Under the pieces are notes generated by a model. It saw only the letters and a program-made list of their open reading frames with translations, was not told the DNA's origin and did no database searches. From the NCBI GenBank assembly GCA_010909165.1, contig MU008172.1:1240001-1304000 (forward strand): a stretch of 64,000 bases of DNA, given 5' to 3'. Positions 37,701 to 48,814 of this stretch are shown in pieces; the first letter of the stretch is position 1, and each line of letters opens with the position of its first letter. The stretch is from Anthoceros angustus. Lineage: Eukaryota; Plantae; Anthocerotophyta. The position numbers and the translations under genes are program-made.

Positions 37701-39993
37701 TGCGTAAGAGATAACGTTGCTTATTAACACAGCCAAGTTGCCTAAGGTTTATTGGGTGAGGCCCTTCACCGAACCTATCTTATCAATCGCTTATCCAAGA
37801 CACGGCATGACGCCTTATGAAGCGTTATTGGCAAGAAACCGTCCATTGATCATCTTCGTATTTTTGGATCACCGCATATGTTTTCATTCCTAAAGCATTA
37901 CGTAAGAAGTTGGATCCCAAGGCAGCCAAGTATCTTTTCATAGGATATCAAGGCATTAAAGGGTATAAGTTATATAACCCTTCAACAAGACAACTTCTTT
38001 ATGCTCGGAGTGTTACATTCCATGAGTCTTACCTCTTTTCTCCAAGGGAGTTGAAGTCGTTGACTCCCGATGATGCTAATGATTTTTCTACATTTGATGA
38101 TCCTAATCCCCTTCCTTTCCTTGTCCCTACTCCTCGTGTTCCTTGTTGACCCCATGTGCGGAGGAGGAGGAGCCTCTTCCACCTTCATCCGATCCCCTTG
38201 AGGCCATTTCGGAAGATGCTATACCTCCGCTCAAGATGATAATGATCGGTTGGAAGTCGATAATCAAGAAATGGATCCCTTAGAACAAGAAGATGAACCA
38301 GTTCCTGTGGAAGACACACCTGCACCAAGGTACAACCTTAGATCACGTCCACTCATCTCTGGCCCTGCTGGTTGGAAAGAACCCCCTTTGGGATACCTTG
38401 CTATTTTTCCTGATTCTAATTCTCCTGAGTCCCTTTATAATCAAGCTGTGTATGCAGCCACTGTAGACTTAGAAGAGCCTCTTACCCTAAAACAAGCCTT
38501 CTCTTCTCCCTCCAAACATCTATGGAAGGAAGCTGTAGATTCAGAGTATAATTCCCTCATTAGTAATTCTACATGGGAATTAGTTGAACCTCCTAAGGGT
38601 AGAAAAATAGTAACCAGCAAATGGGTATTTAAGATAAAGAGAAAAGGAGATGGATCCGGAAAGGTATAAAGCACGCCTAGTTGCTAGAGGTTTTACCCAA
38701 ATCGGACTAGACTATATACCTTGGGCCACTTATGCTCAGTAGCCAAGTTTGCCACTCTTCGCATGATCTTCGCTATATGTGCCCAAGACGATCTTGAACT
38801 TCATATGATGGATGTGAAGACAGACATATTTGTATGGGCGCTTGAAAGAAGAAATATACATGAAGCAACCCGAGGGTTATGAAGTAAAGGCAAGGAGCAT
38901 TTAGTATGTAAATTGATCAAGGGTCTATATGGACTCAAGCAATCCGGCAAAATTGGAACTTGACCATCCATATACAACTCTCGAATAAGGGATTTAAGCA
39001 AAGTAAAGGCGATGCTTGCTTATATATTTACCTTAAGGAAATGATATATTTTACCTTCTATTATACGTCGATGACGTCTTTATGGCAACAAACTCTCTTA
39101 TTCTCCTAGCTGAGATAAAAGCATGGCTTCGGACATTATATGAAATGACCGACCTGGGAGAAATGAATTATGCACTTGGTGTAAATATTATCCGCGATAG
39201 GAGTAATAAAAAGTGAGCATAGTTCAAACCAAGTATATAAAGGAGAGTTTAGCAAAATTTGGAATGGAAGATGCAAAGCGCACCCACACCTTTGCTAGTG
39301 GCATGGCTTACTCGATATGAGTCCTAAGAGTGCTCAAGAGAAAATGGAGATGGCATCCGTCCCATATCGACGTCTTCACTCATATTTAAGCAATTTTACT
39401 AGACACGATATTTCTTTTGAAGTCGGTTCACTCACGCTTTTGGAGAACCCCGACATCAACGGATGTCGTTAAGCGTATTTTTCGATACCTTAAAGGGACT
39501 ATGCAAACAGGTGACATTTAAGCATACACCAGCAATCAAAACATTAACACTTACGGCATATGCCGATCTTATTATGGTGATCCCGATACTCAAAAATCCG
39601 TATCGTTATGTTTTACTTCTTGGAGGAGCTCCAATATCATGGTCGAGTAAGAAACAGCCTTTTGCATTTGCCTAATCAATCAATATAGAGTACTAACATC
39701 TATTTCCAAGGATATAGTATGGTCTAGGCTAATTTTGAGTGAACTTAATCACCCTCAAGAAACCCAACATCTCTTTTAGTGATAGTCGAGCCATAGCACT
39801 TGCTAGAAACCTTTTCCATTCCAACCAAACACATAGTGTTGAGTATCACTATATCGTAGAGAAGTTGGAAGATAACACTATAGATATCACTTATATACCA
39901 ACACAAAACAATCCATTGATTTGTTAACTAAGTCATTAGGGAGAGATTTGCATTTAAGACACATGAAAATGTTAGGTATTCAAGAGGTTTAAG
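31721..39993 (+). pseudogene. gag-pol: copia-2 gag-pol (many single-base frameshifts), split at the protease motif by a solo LTR
   Basis: Gag 31721-32637 (CNWCRIPNHMEKDC); WYLDKGAT at ~32745-32768 continuing as SHY after 36823; integrase ~37390-38000; RT ~38480-39450 (SKWVFKIK, MDVKT, LYVDD); RNase H ~39560-39993 (ISWSSKKQ, YHYIVEK). Confidence 0.93.
32769..36818 (-). mobile_element. Family C solo giant LTR, 4,050 bp, with a perfect 5-bp TSD
   Basis: On the minus strand it starts TGTGGAGCATAAAGGATTTGGGCA (36818) and ends ...GGTTTCCTCCCA (32769). It is flanked by CAACA at 32764-32768 and 36819-36823. The 32769-33890 part matches the C LTR 3' region, and 35700-36100 matches 20500-20900. Confidence 0.92.
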
Positions 39994-40229
39994 TCACCTA
40001 GCTAGTATGTGTCAATGTATTTTCTATAGTCCACACATCTTGTCTAGCATAGAAATTTCCTCTCCTAACTCTATGTAGTCCTCCCGCATCGCTTATCCTC
40101 TCTTTCTAATACCCGGAAGGATCCTACAATACACACCATGGGTTATAAAGTGAAAATGATGAAAAGATAGTACTTAAGTCGTTAGTTACTTACGTACAAG
40201 TGTTTGGTGTGTCCTTCATATTTTTCACA

Positions 40230-41650
40230 TGGGGAAGCACTTAACCACATCATCTTAATCCTCTCTTTTCACATACATACTCCATGGGAACTTCATGGTC
40301 ATCCTTTCCTCCGGAAGAACCAAGTAGGTTGCCTTGCATAAGTTTCAGGTGTAGGAACTAGGAATTTTCCTTTTGCACTTGCTCTCTCTGAGTAGGTCGT
40401 AGAGGTAGGGCAAATCTCACATGGCTTGTGCCCACACTCTTATCTACACCGCAAAATAGGTAGATATTATTAGGAAAATGTTAGTTTAGTTTACGGTTTT
40501 TGGTATCATCTTTCCTACTCACTCCTTGGCTCTTCTCATTGCTGCTATTACATCCTCTATGCGCCATTTACACAAGGATGTGATCTCCAGCTTGGGCTAC
40601 CCTCACAAATAGCTTGAGGTCTCTTGGTTTTATAGAGTCCTCGACTCTTCCGAATCTTCATTCATTTTGAAGTCATCATATTCGGCCTCGATTGGTGATG
40701 CTTTTATCGGATTATCTACATCCATATTTATTAGCATTTTATGCACTCAAAATTTTATGCAATTTATTTTGCAATTTATTGACTTACCAACTTTGACTTC
40801 TCTCACAACGACCTTGGATTTTTCCATGAGCGCCCGCACACCGTGGATATCATCCTCTTCATCGGTATGTCATCACTCTTGCAATAGGACGCACTGCAAG
40901 AAATTCGATCAAGTTTGGGTCATCCGGTTCCTCCCAAGATCCGATAATGTCGGTACAACTTCATCCGGTACAAGTGGTGCACGGGCTGCACGTTTTCCTT
41001 CTTCTTTCTTCCGCAAGTATCCTCCTTCCGCCAAGTGCTTGTTTGATTTTATCGACCCATGTTTCTGCCTCACGAGTACGACCCTCCACTCCAATCAATC
41101 AGATATTTATCAAAACTCCAGCAATTTATTTAGCAATTTTCAGCAATTTATTTCAGCTATTTCCAGCATATAAATCCAGCAAATATTTCAAAATTTGATT
41201 CGAGCACCTTATGCGCGACGGCACGGCTGGATTCTCGCCAAATTTTCGCTATTTTCTCACCGATCTTGGCAACAGTTAGCGACGGCGATTTGATCGCTGG
41301 ATCAGATCATCGGTGCGAAATTTTGGAGTGATGGATCGGCATCGGATCCGGTATGATGGCGCGAGGTCGATGGCGCGATGGATGGCGCGAGTGGATGGCG
41401 CGCGGTCGGATGGCGCCCACCGATCGAGATCGAGGCGCAGATCTCGAGGATTGAGGCACCCGAGGTGCGCGGAGCCGGCGCGGGGAGAAGACGGTTTTGT
41501 CTCCGTCAGAAATCCGGAAGGCGCGGCGGCTAACGCCAGAACCGCCCCTACCCGCTCACAGGCGCGAGAGGGGCCGTTGCTTATTTATAGGCCCAAATGG
41601 GCCTATCTGTTTTAGCTTTTATTTATAGGCCATTTTGTGGCCCGTCTATT
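40230..41650 (-). pseudogene. Antisense, intron-containing, host-like transcription unit in the copia-2 3' region
   Basis: CTATAAATAA on the minus strand (41590-41581) next to GGCCCA/TGGGCC motifs, then a CpG-rich leader. A 72-nt GTAAGT...CTAAT...TAG intron (40787-40716) keeps the frame when removed (...VVREVKV-D-NPIKASPIEAEYDDF). A second 79-nt GTGAGT...CTAAC...TAG intron-like segment lies at 40522-40444. Confidence 0.5.
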
Positions 41651-41820
41651 TTGTTTTTCCATTTTCTTTATGCCTATATTAAGTCCTTATTTATGACTTG
41701 ATTATATGTTAGATGCTTAAGTTTTTAAGACCTTTTCTTAAGCGGATAACTTTAGGTTTAGTGGGAGCCTATTTAACATTTAGGCCTCATTTTAAAGGCT
41801 AGACTTCACCCCTATATTCA

Positions 41821-41833
41821 TAGTGAGTGGGAG
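41821..41833 (+). promoter_or_regulatory. Polypurine tract of copia-2
   Basis: TAGTGAGTGGGAG immediately precedes the TG of the 3' LTR. Confidence 0.8.
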
Positions 41834-42091
41834 TGATGAAATAGGTCTAGATTAGGGCACTATTCATTAGGGCCTCATAACTTAAACATTATTATTTACC
41901 TAGGGTTATTTAGGTAGTTAGTAGTTATATTAGTTATATTGGTTACAACAACTTACGGTTGCAACTACTTATGGTTGCAACCACTTATGGTTGTAACCAC
42001 CAACTACCCAGCCTATTTAAAGGCTTGTACTTTACTCATTAACACTTACATTGTTTCTTCTTCTTCTAATCTAAGAGCCACGATTCCTCAT
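41834..42091 (+). repeat. copia-2 3' LTR
   Basis: Matches the 5' LTR apart from about 4 transitions, small indels and one extra 16-bp GGTTGYAACYACTTAT unit. Confidence 0.95.
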
Positions 42092-42999
42092 CGCAAGACG
42101 TGATACTTTACTTGTGAAATCCTCCTAGGAGGCCTTCCACATACAACCTCCCTTGGGTGACCCCTACCGCAGGTCACCTTTTCCAATTTTCTATTATTTC
42201 CTACCGCCAAGATTTAATGTCCGCACCTAAGTCTATTGTCCGATCCTTGGTAAATTCTATTCTAGTAACTTCACCTAAGACCATCCTTAAGGATGTCGTT
42301 ACACCACATCCTTCTATTCTTCTACCAAAGCATTTATGGTCATTGACCATTCTTAGTCCGTCTTCACCTTGGGTGGCCGTGGTGGATTGGCTCCCTCGCC
42401 TCCTTTTGCTCTTGCCCCTTCCCGATCTTGTCGCCTTCCTAATGTGTGGGGCAAGTACAATCTGCCCTTCCTCCATCTCCGCGGCGCCGATTCTCTGTCC
42501 CCCAATCGCGCCCCTCCGGCACCTAGCGCCTTTTCTCCTCCGCTGGTCGCGCCCGTTCATCGGCACCCTACCGCGGTAGTCGGCGGACTAAGGGGTGTGA
42601 CTTCATGGTAGTCGCCCTATCTCCTTCTTTTCTCCTCTCCTTGTCTGGGTCAGATCTTGCTCCTTTCCTTGTTTGATTTGTCCATACCTATCACGCATCT
42701 TCAAAGGTTCTTCATCCCCATTACCATGATCTCTTCTAATCTCCTTGGGCCTTGACCTCCTCTTGGAACCTCCTTTGTTCCTTCTCCTCCCTTGCTCGTG
42801 GGGTGAGAACTTCTCACCCTCCTGCCTTCCTCGGCGGTCCCCCGTTAGTCTCCTCGGTGGGGTTGTCTCCCACCCCTCCTCCTCGGGGGATACTCTGACC
42901 CCGGCTCCTTCATCCTCGGCCTTGGCCGACTCCCCAGCAGCCCCGCCCACGCCTACCCGGTATGGCGGACTGCGTATGTGTCTACCACGGTAGTCTGGC

Positions 43000-45900
43000 G
43001 GACTACCGTGGTAGTCACCACTGGTGGTTGACCCCGGAGGTGGGCTTTCCCCCTCCTTGCTCTGCGCCACCTTCTACCTTTGGCGCTCACGGCCGCTCCC
43101 TCACGACTCCTCAGTTCCTCGGAGTCCATTTGTGATGGCCTCATCAAAATCGGAGGCCTCACAGGCACTTTTGCACTCCTTTGTCATCATCATGAGGACC
43201 CAATGTCCTCCTCTTGGCCAAACGCAAGATCTCATTGTTGGCCTTCAAAATTCTATTGTGGAGGTGAGCCCCAAGCTATGATATTGCATTTGGAGATCAT
43301 CAACTCGTGGCCACTCTCCATCTTCACACCTACCTTTGTAGGCGTCCCTTGAGGTGGTCAATTCCCCACCTTGACATGGAGGGTCACATTCTCCTCCCTT
43401 GCTTCCTTAATTTGGTGGCCATTTACTGAAGGGCATAGTCCGCCTAAAATCGCGCCTCACCACCAAAGATTCTGCACCACCTTCTTGTGATGCTCCTCCT
43501 CTTGGAACCTCCTTTGTTCCTTCCTCCATTTGCTTGGCAAGTTCCTTCTCCACTTGCCAAGCACTTCCCTCGCTCTAATTCTTGCTTTGATCTTGAGCCT
43601 TCTCTTCTCCTCCAAGTTGAACGATCAACTCTTCTTCCATGTCCGGATCTTGATGGCTTGGGTAGCCATCACTTTCTTGCGTCCATTCTTTGGACCGCCA
43701 TCTTCTCCTACCGAGAGCCTCTGCTTTTGCCCTTTCGTTTGCTCTAATTGGGCAAAGTGCTCCTCCCTGCCTCCATGAATGGGTGGTCGCCCGAATAGCT
43801 CTTCACCGCGACACCTTCCCTTCTAGGATTTTGCCGCCATCCATGAGGTCGCTACTGGAGCTTCTACGCCTTTCCATTTGGCTGCCTTTTCATCGGACTC
43901 CATGGCCTCCAATTGCCACTTGGTCCTCGCTCCCCACCATGTCTTGGGCCTTGACCTCCTCTTGACGCCCACAAGGAGGTTGCTAGGTCCCTAGCCCCTT
44001 CAAATCCACGGCCGAGTGCTTCACAAGCACCCAAAGAATTCTCCTAGGGGTCCTAATTCCACCCCTCCTGCCTTCTTGCCGGAAATTTCCAGCCTCTCAC
44101 TTCGCACGCGGGTCCCCTCACTGCCGCTCCATCCGCCTCCCCACCCATGGGAGATGGTGGCTCGGGCGCCCGCCTCACGCTGTTTCTCTTTCCCTTCCCC
44201 GCCAGAGGCGGCCGCCACCAGGGTGCCTACTCACTGCGGGTAGGCTCCTCACTGTAGTCGCCTACCTACCATAGGTCTCACCACTGTAGGCCGCCCACCC
44301 CAGACCGCCCCACCGGGGTGGACGGGTGCCTCGGTAGGCACAAATGAGATGGTGGGGACTCCCCACCCTTGGGCCGCCACCTCCCGTAGTAGTCCTCCTC
44401 ATAGACTACCATTCGGCCTTCCTCGGCCCTGCTCTTCTCCCTTGCTTGCCCTGGGGAAAAGATTCCCACTCCGCAACCTTGTTGCCTCGCATCTTCTCCT
44501 CTTGCTTCTAGCATGCTTGTGGAGGTCTGCCCACTGCCTTCCTCAATGCAAAAGGCAAAAGGCCTTTCCAAGCTTGGCCGGAGATGGATTATCTCAAGGA
44601 TGCCAAGCATCTTCAAGCTCCTTGCTTGTGAGAAGTCCCTTCCGCTTTCCCACAAATGCACCAAATAGGTGCCGAGGTAGCAGGGCCCTTCCTCATCCAC
44701 CGAATTTGGCTTGAGGAGTTTCTCCTGGTGGATGTACGCTTCATACATAATGGTTCCCCAATCCGCTTGGCTCATGGAAATCTTCCACAAAATTGGAGGA
44801 AGTTGGTGCCGAATAAGAAGTGTTGGTAATTTACCAACCCCAGCACAATCTTTGCGAAGAGCCTCCACTTCAGCCTCCTTGATGCTCTCGCTTCCAGCCA
44901 TTCGGCCTTCACTCCTCCATCCATCATGTCAAGGAATTATGGAATATCGAGAGGTGTCCTCTTCCTCCATTTGCTTGGCAAATTTTTCTCCACTTGCCAC
45001 TCACTTCTCGCCTCCTAATTCTGCATGCGATCTTGAGCCTTCTTCTCCTCCAAGTTGAACCTGATCCTTCGCAGTTCTTCTTCCATGTCCGGATCTTGAT
45101 GGCTTGGGTAGCCATCACTTGGTCCTGCGCGTCCAATTGCTGGACCGCTATCTTCTCCCTACCGAGAGCCTCTGCTTTTGCCCTTTCGTTTGCTCTAATT
45201 GGGCAAAGTGCTCCTCCCTGCCTCCATGAATGGGTGGTCGCCCGAATAGCTCTTCACCGCGACACCTTCCCTTCTAGGATTTTGCCGCCATCCATGAGGT
45301 CGCTACTGGAGCTTCTACGCCTTTCCATTTGGCTGCCTTTTCATCGGACTCCATGGCCTCCAATTGCCACTTGGTCCTCGCTCCCCACCATGTCTTGGGC
45401 CTTGACCTCCTCTTGACGCCCACAAGGAGGTTGCTAGGTCCCTAGCCCCTTCAAATCCACGGCCGAGTGCTTCACAAGCACCCAAAGAATTCTCCTAGGG
45501 GTCCTAATTCCACCCCTCCTGCCTTCTTGCCGGAAATTTCCAGCCTCTCACTTCGCACGCGGGTCCCCTCACTGCCGCTCCATCCGCCTCCCCACCCATG
45601 GGAGATGGTGGCTCGGGCGCCCGCCTCACGCTGTTTCTCTTTCCCTTCCCCGCCAGAGGCGGCCGCCACCAGGGTGCCTACTCACTGCGGGTAGGCTCCT
45701 CACTGTAGTCGCCTACCTACCATAGGTCTCACCACTGTAGGCCGCCCACCCCAGACCGCCCCACCGGGGTGGACGGGTGCCTCGGTAGGCACAAATGAGA
45801 TGGTGGGGACTCCCCACCCTTGGGCCGCCACCTCCCGTAGTAGTCCTCCTCATAGACTACCATTCGGCCTTCCTCGGCCCTGCTCTTCTCCCTTGCTTGC

Positions 45901-48386
45901 CCTGGGGAAAAGATTCCCACTCCGCAACCTTGTTGCCTCGCATCTTCTCCTCTTGCTTCTAGCATGCTTGTGGAGGTCTGCCCACTGCCTTCCTCAATGC
46001 AAAAGGCAAAAGGCCTTTCCAAGCTTGGCCGGAGATGGATTATCTCAAGGATGCCAAGCACTTCCCTCGCTCTAATTCTTGCTTTGATCTTGAGCCTTCT
46101 CTTCTCTTCCAAAGTTGAACGATCAACTCTTCTTCCATGTCCGGATCTTGATGGCTTGGGTAGCCATCACTTTCTTGCGTCCATTCTTTGGACCGCCATC
46201 TTCTCCTACCGAGAGCCTCTGCTTTTGCCCTTTCGTTTGCTCTAATTGGGCAAAGTGCTCCTCATATACATCTCCATGAATCCCGTTGGGTGGTTGCGAA
46301 TAGCTCTCTTGACTGCGACACCTTCCTCTAGGACTTGCTCAGCCTCATCCATGAGGTCGCTGGAGCTTCTCTGACCTTTTCCGGCTTGGCTGCCTTTTCA
46401 TCGGACTCCATGGCCTCCAATTGCCATTTGGTCCTGCCTTCCTCCGGCCATGTCTTGGGCTTCCTCCTCTTGATGCCCACAAGGAGGTTGCTAGGTCCCT
46501 AGCCCCTTCAAATCCACAGTGAGTGCTTCACAAGCACCGGCAATTCTCCTAGGGGTCCTAATTCCACCCCTTCTCTTCTTCTTTGAAATTTCCAGCTCTC
46601 AGCCCCTTCATGGCAGGTCCCCTCACTGCCGCTCCATCCGCCTCCCCACCGGTAGCGGAGATGGTGGCCTCGGCGCCCGCGCACCTCTCGCGTTCTTCTC
46701 TTTCCCCTTCCACCGCGTGGGGCTGCTGGCGTGGGTGCACCTCGTGGTGGCTGCTCCCCGGTAGATGCCTACCATGGTGGTGCCCCTTGATGCCCACCCC
46801 TTGGGTGGGCGCCTCCCTAGGTGAGGGCGGGTGCCTCGGTAGGCACAAATGAGATGGTGGGGACTCCCCACCCTTGGGTATCACCCCTCTGTGTAGTCCT
46901 CCTCTCATAGACTACCATTCGGCCTTCTCGGCGGTTCTGCTCTTCTCCCTTGCTTGCTCGTGGGGGAAAAGATTCCCACTCCGCAACCTTGTTGCCTCAT
47001 CTTCTCCTCTTGCTTGCATGTGGAGAGTCGACCTCCCCATCTTCCCTCAATGCAAAAGGCAAAAGGCCTTTCCAACCTCGGTGGAGATGGATTATCTCAA
47101 GGATGCCAAGCATCTTCAAGCTCCTTGCTTGTGAGAAGTCCCTTCCGCTTTCCCACAAATGCACCAAATAGGTGCTGAGGTAGCGGGGCCTTGGTCCTTC
47201 CTCATCCGAATTTGGCTTGAGGAGCTTCTCTCGATGGTGGATGTACGCTTCATAATGGTTCCCCAATCCGCTTGGCTCCCATGGAAATCTTCCACAAAAT
47301 TGGAGGAAGTTGGTCTTTGAAATAAAGTGCGTTGGTAATTTACCAACCCCAGCACAATCTTTAGAGCCTCCACTTCACTCCTTGATGCTCTCGGTCTTCC
47401 GACCATTCTTGGCGTGGGCCTTCCTCCTCCATCCATCATGTCGAACTCTTGCGGGAATATCGGAGAGGTGTCCTCTTCCTCCATTTGACCTTTCGAGGAG
47501 AGCAATTCCAGCTCTCCTCCTCCGGTCTCCATACACAGAATGCTCCTTACGGTCCAACCGGGATCCGCTCGAGCATTCCTTTCCGCGGCAGGCGCTTCCG
47601 ATTGATGGAGGTTGATGTAACACTCCTCAATCAATTCCAAATTGGTGTAGGCCCATTGGCGCGCCATATACCCACCCAGCGGATGTTGTCTTCCCTCGCC
47701 TTGCACGAAATCCACTAAATCTCGGGGTTGAGCTGCCCGCAAAACAAGTGAATTGGGGCATTACAAGCTCATTTCCCCAGCGGGCGAGCTGCTGCCTTTT
47801 TTCTTCTTGCCTTGAGGAAGAACCCTTGGCGGTGGCTCCTTCCTCTTCCCGGAGCGGCATGGCACCTTCCTTACTTAGAGAATTACTTTCCAATTCAAGC
47901 GTTGTGTGCTCCAAATCTTCACTCCCAAGCACTCCTTCCTTGTCACTTGGGCAACACAACTGAGGCACAAGTGCGTTAGCCACAGTTGAACAAGGCTGCC
48001 AATTTCCCTTCGCGATTTCTCCTCCCGGGGCGGCGGTGCGGTGGGCTCCTTCACTTTTCCACTTTCTTCGCCTTGGTTCTCGCGCCCTCCGTCGTCGCTC
48101 CTGCCTTAGGTCTTCTTCTCACGATTCGGAGCACGAAGACTCCTTCGGTCTTGTGATGTTTTCCTCTCGCTCCACGCTCGGTTCTTCCTTCCTTCTTATT
48201 CGGACCGTCTTCCTCTTGGCGTGATGGCGGCGGCGGCAGCGATAGCGATGGTCTACACTTCTCCTTTCCTTCTCTTGTGGTTACGCTCCGGCTCCGGTCT
48301 GCGAAGTGAAGTTGGCTCGATTCGAAGGAAGTTGCACTTGCCTCTTGGATTGCCACAGAGTTCCCAACCCTAGATTGGTTCAACAT
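43000..48386 (-). pseudogene. Family C U3-internal ORF (best-preserved copy; middle part present in three tandem copies)
   Basis: Open segments include 47116-47742 (DLVDFVQ...WAYTNLELIEECYINL) and 44278-44901 (SQADWGTIMYEAY...CYLGTYLVHLWESG). The coiled-coil/acidic tail is best seen in the + strand copy 48782-49384. No gag, pol or transmembrane motif recognised. Confidence 0.6.
43700..46260. repeat. Near-identical direct duplication (offset 1,451 bp), with a diverged third copy at ~46260-47400
   Basis: ORFs 44016-44243 and 45467-45694 have identical translations, as do 44021-44218 and 45472-45669. Confidence 0.9.
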
Positions 48387-48814
48387 CCTAAATCCTAAGC
48401 ACTAAATTACCTACCTTCACCTATCTCCTGACCTAATTAATTCTAATTAATCCTATTTCCCTATTGGTGAGCATATATAGTGGATATTCCCCTTATATTC
48501 ATTGCTTTTGGCCAAGATTGTCACCTACGCGGTAGTCTTGACTGAGCGGTGATGCTTCTTTCTCGACCTACGGGTGGTGGCGACCTCGGTGATACCGACC
48601 TACCGGCCTTCGGTGCCCTCACCTCGTCGGGGTCATTTCGACCCATTCTTCCTCACGGGATATCCTTTTCATCTCCTAACCACATCCTACAACTCCACTT
48701 TAAGATTCTCAAGTTTTCCGGCATGCTCCTCTTGATCGTTCTTAGCCAAAAAATCAAACTTGTTAGTCTTGCTCTTTTAATTTGGTTGCCCAAACTTTTA
48801 TATTCCACAGGCAG

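Larger units (their letters stand above)
30758..42091 (+). mobile_element. Complete Ty1/copia element 'copia-2' (~7.3 kb native plus a 4.05-kb nested insertion)
   Basis: 5' LTR 30758-30999, PBS at 31000, gag-PR-INT-RT-RH, PPT, 3' LTR 41834-~42091. TSD GCGCA on the left and (G)CGCA on the right. Same lineage as copia-1 (shared PAPRYNLR...GWKEPPLGYL linker and DYIPWATY RT motif). Confidence 0.95.
29978..48809 (-). mobile_element. Family C 5' giant LTR (48809 to 42092, plus 30757 to 29978), interrupted by copia-2 and expanded by internal duplications
   Basis: Starts TGTGGAATATAAAAG at 48809, ends CCCTACCACA at 29978, and is followed by the PBS. The sequence GTGGAAGCGCA|AGACGTGATAC is split exactly by copia-2. 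Confidence 0.8.

Noticed and set aside
40501-40510. TGGTATCATC as a second tRNA-Met PBS
   Set aside because: It is only a partial match, has no adjacent LTR end, and lies in an intron-like segment.
43000-48386. Family C ORF as a retroviral-type env gene
   Set aside because: I see no signal peptide or clear transmembrane segment, and it lies inside the TSD-defined terminal repeat rather than between pol and the PPT.
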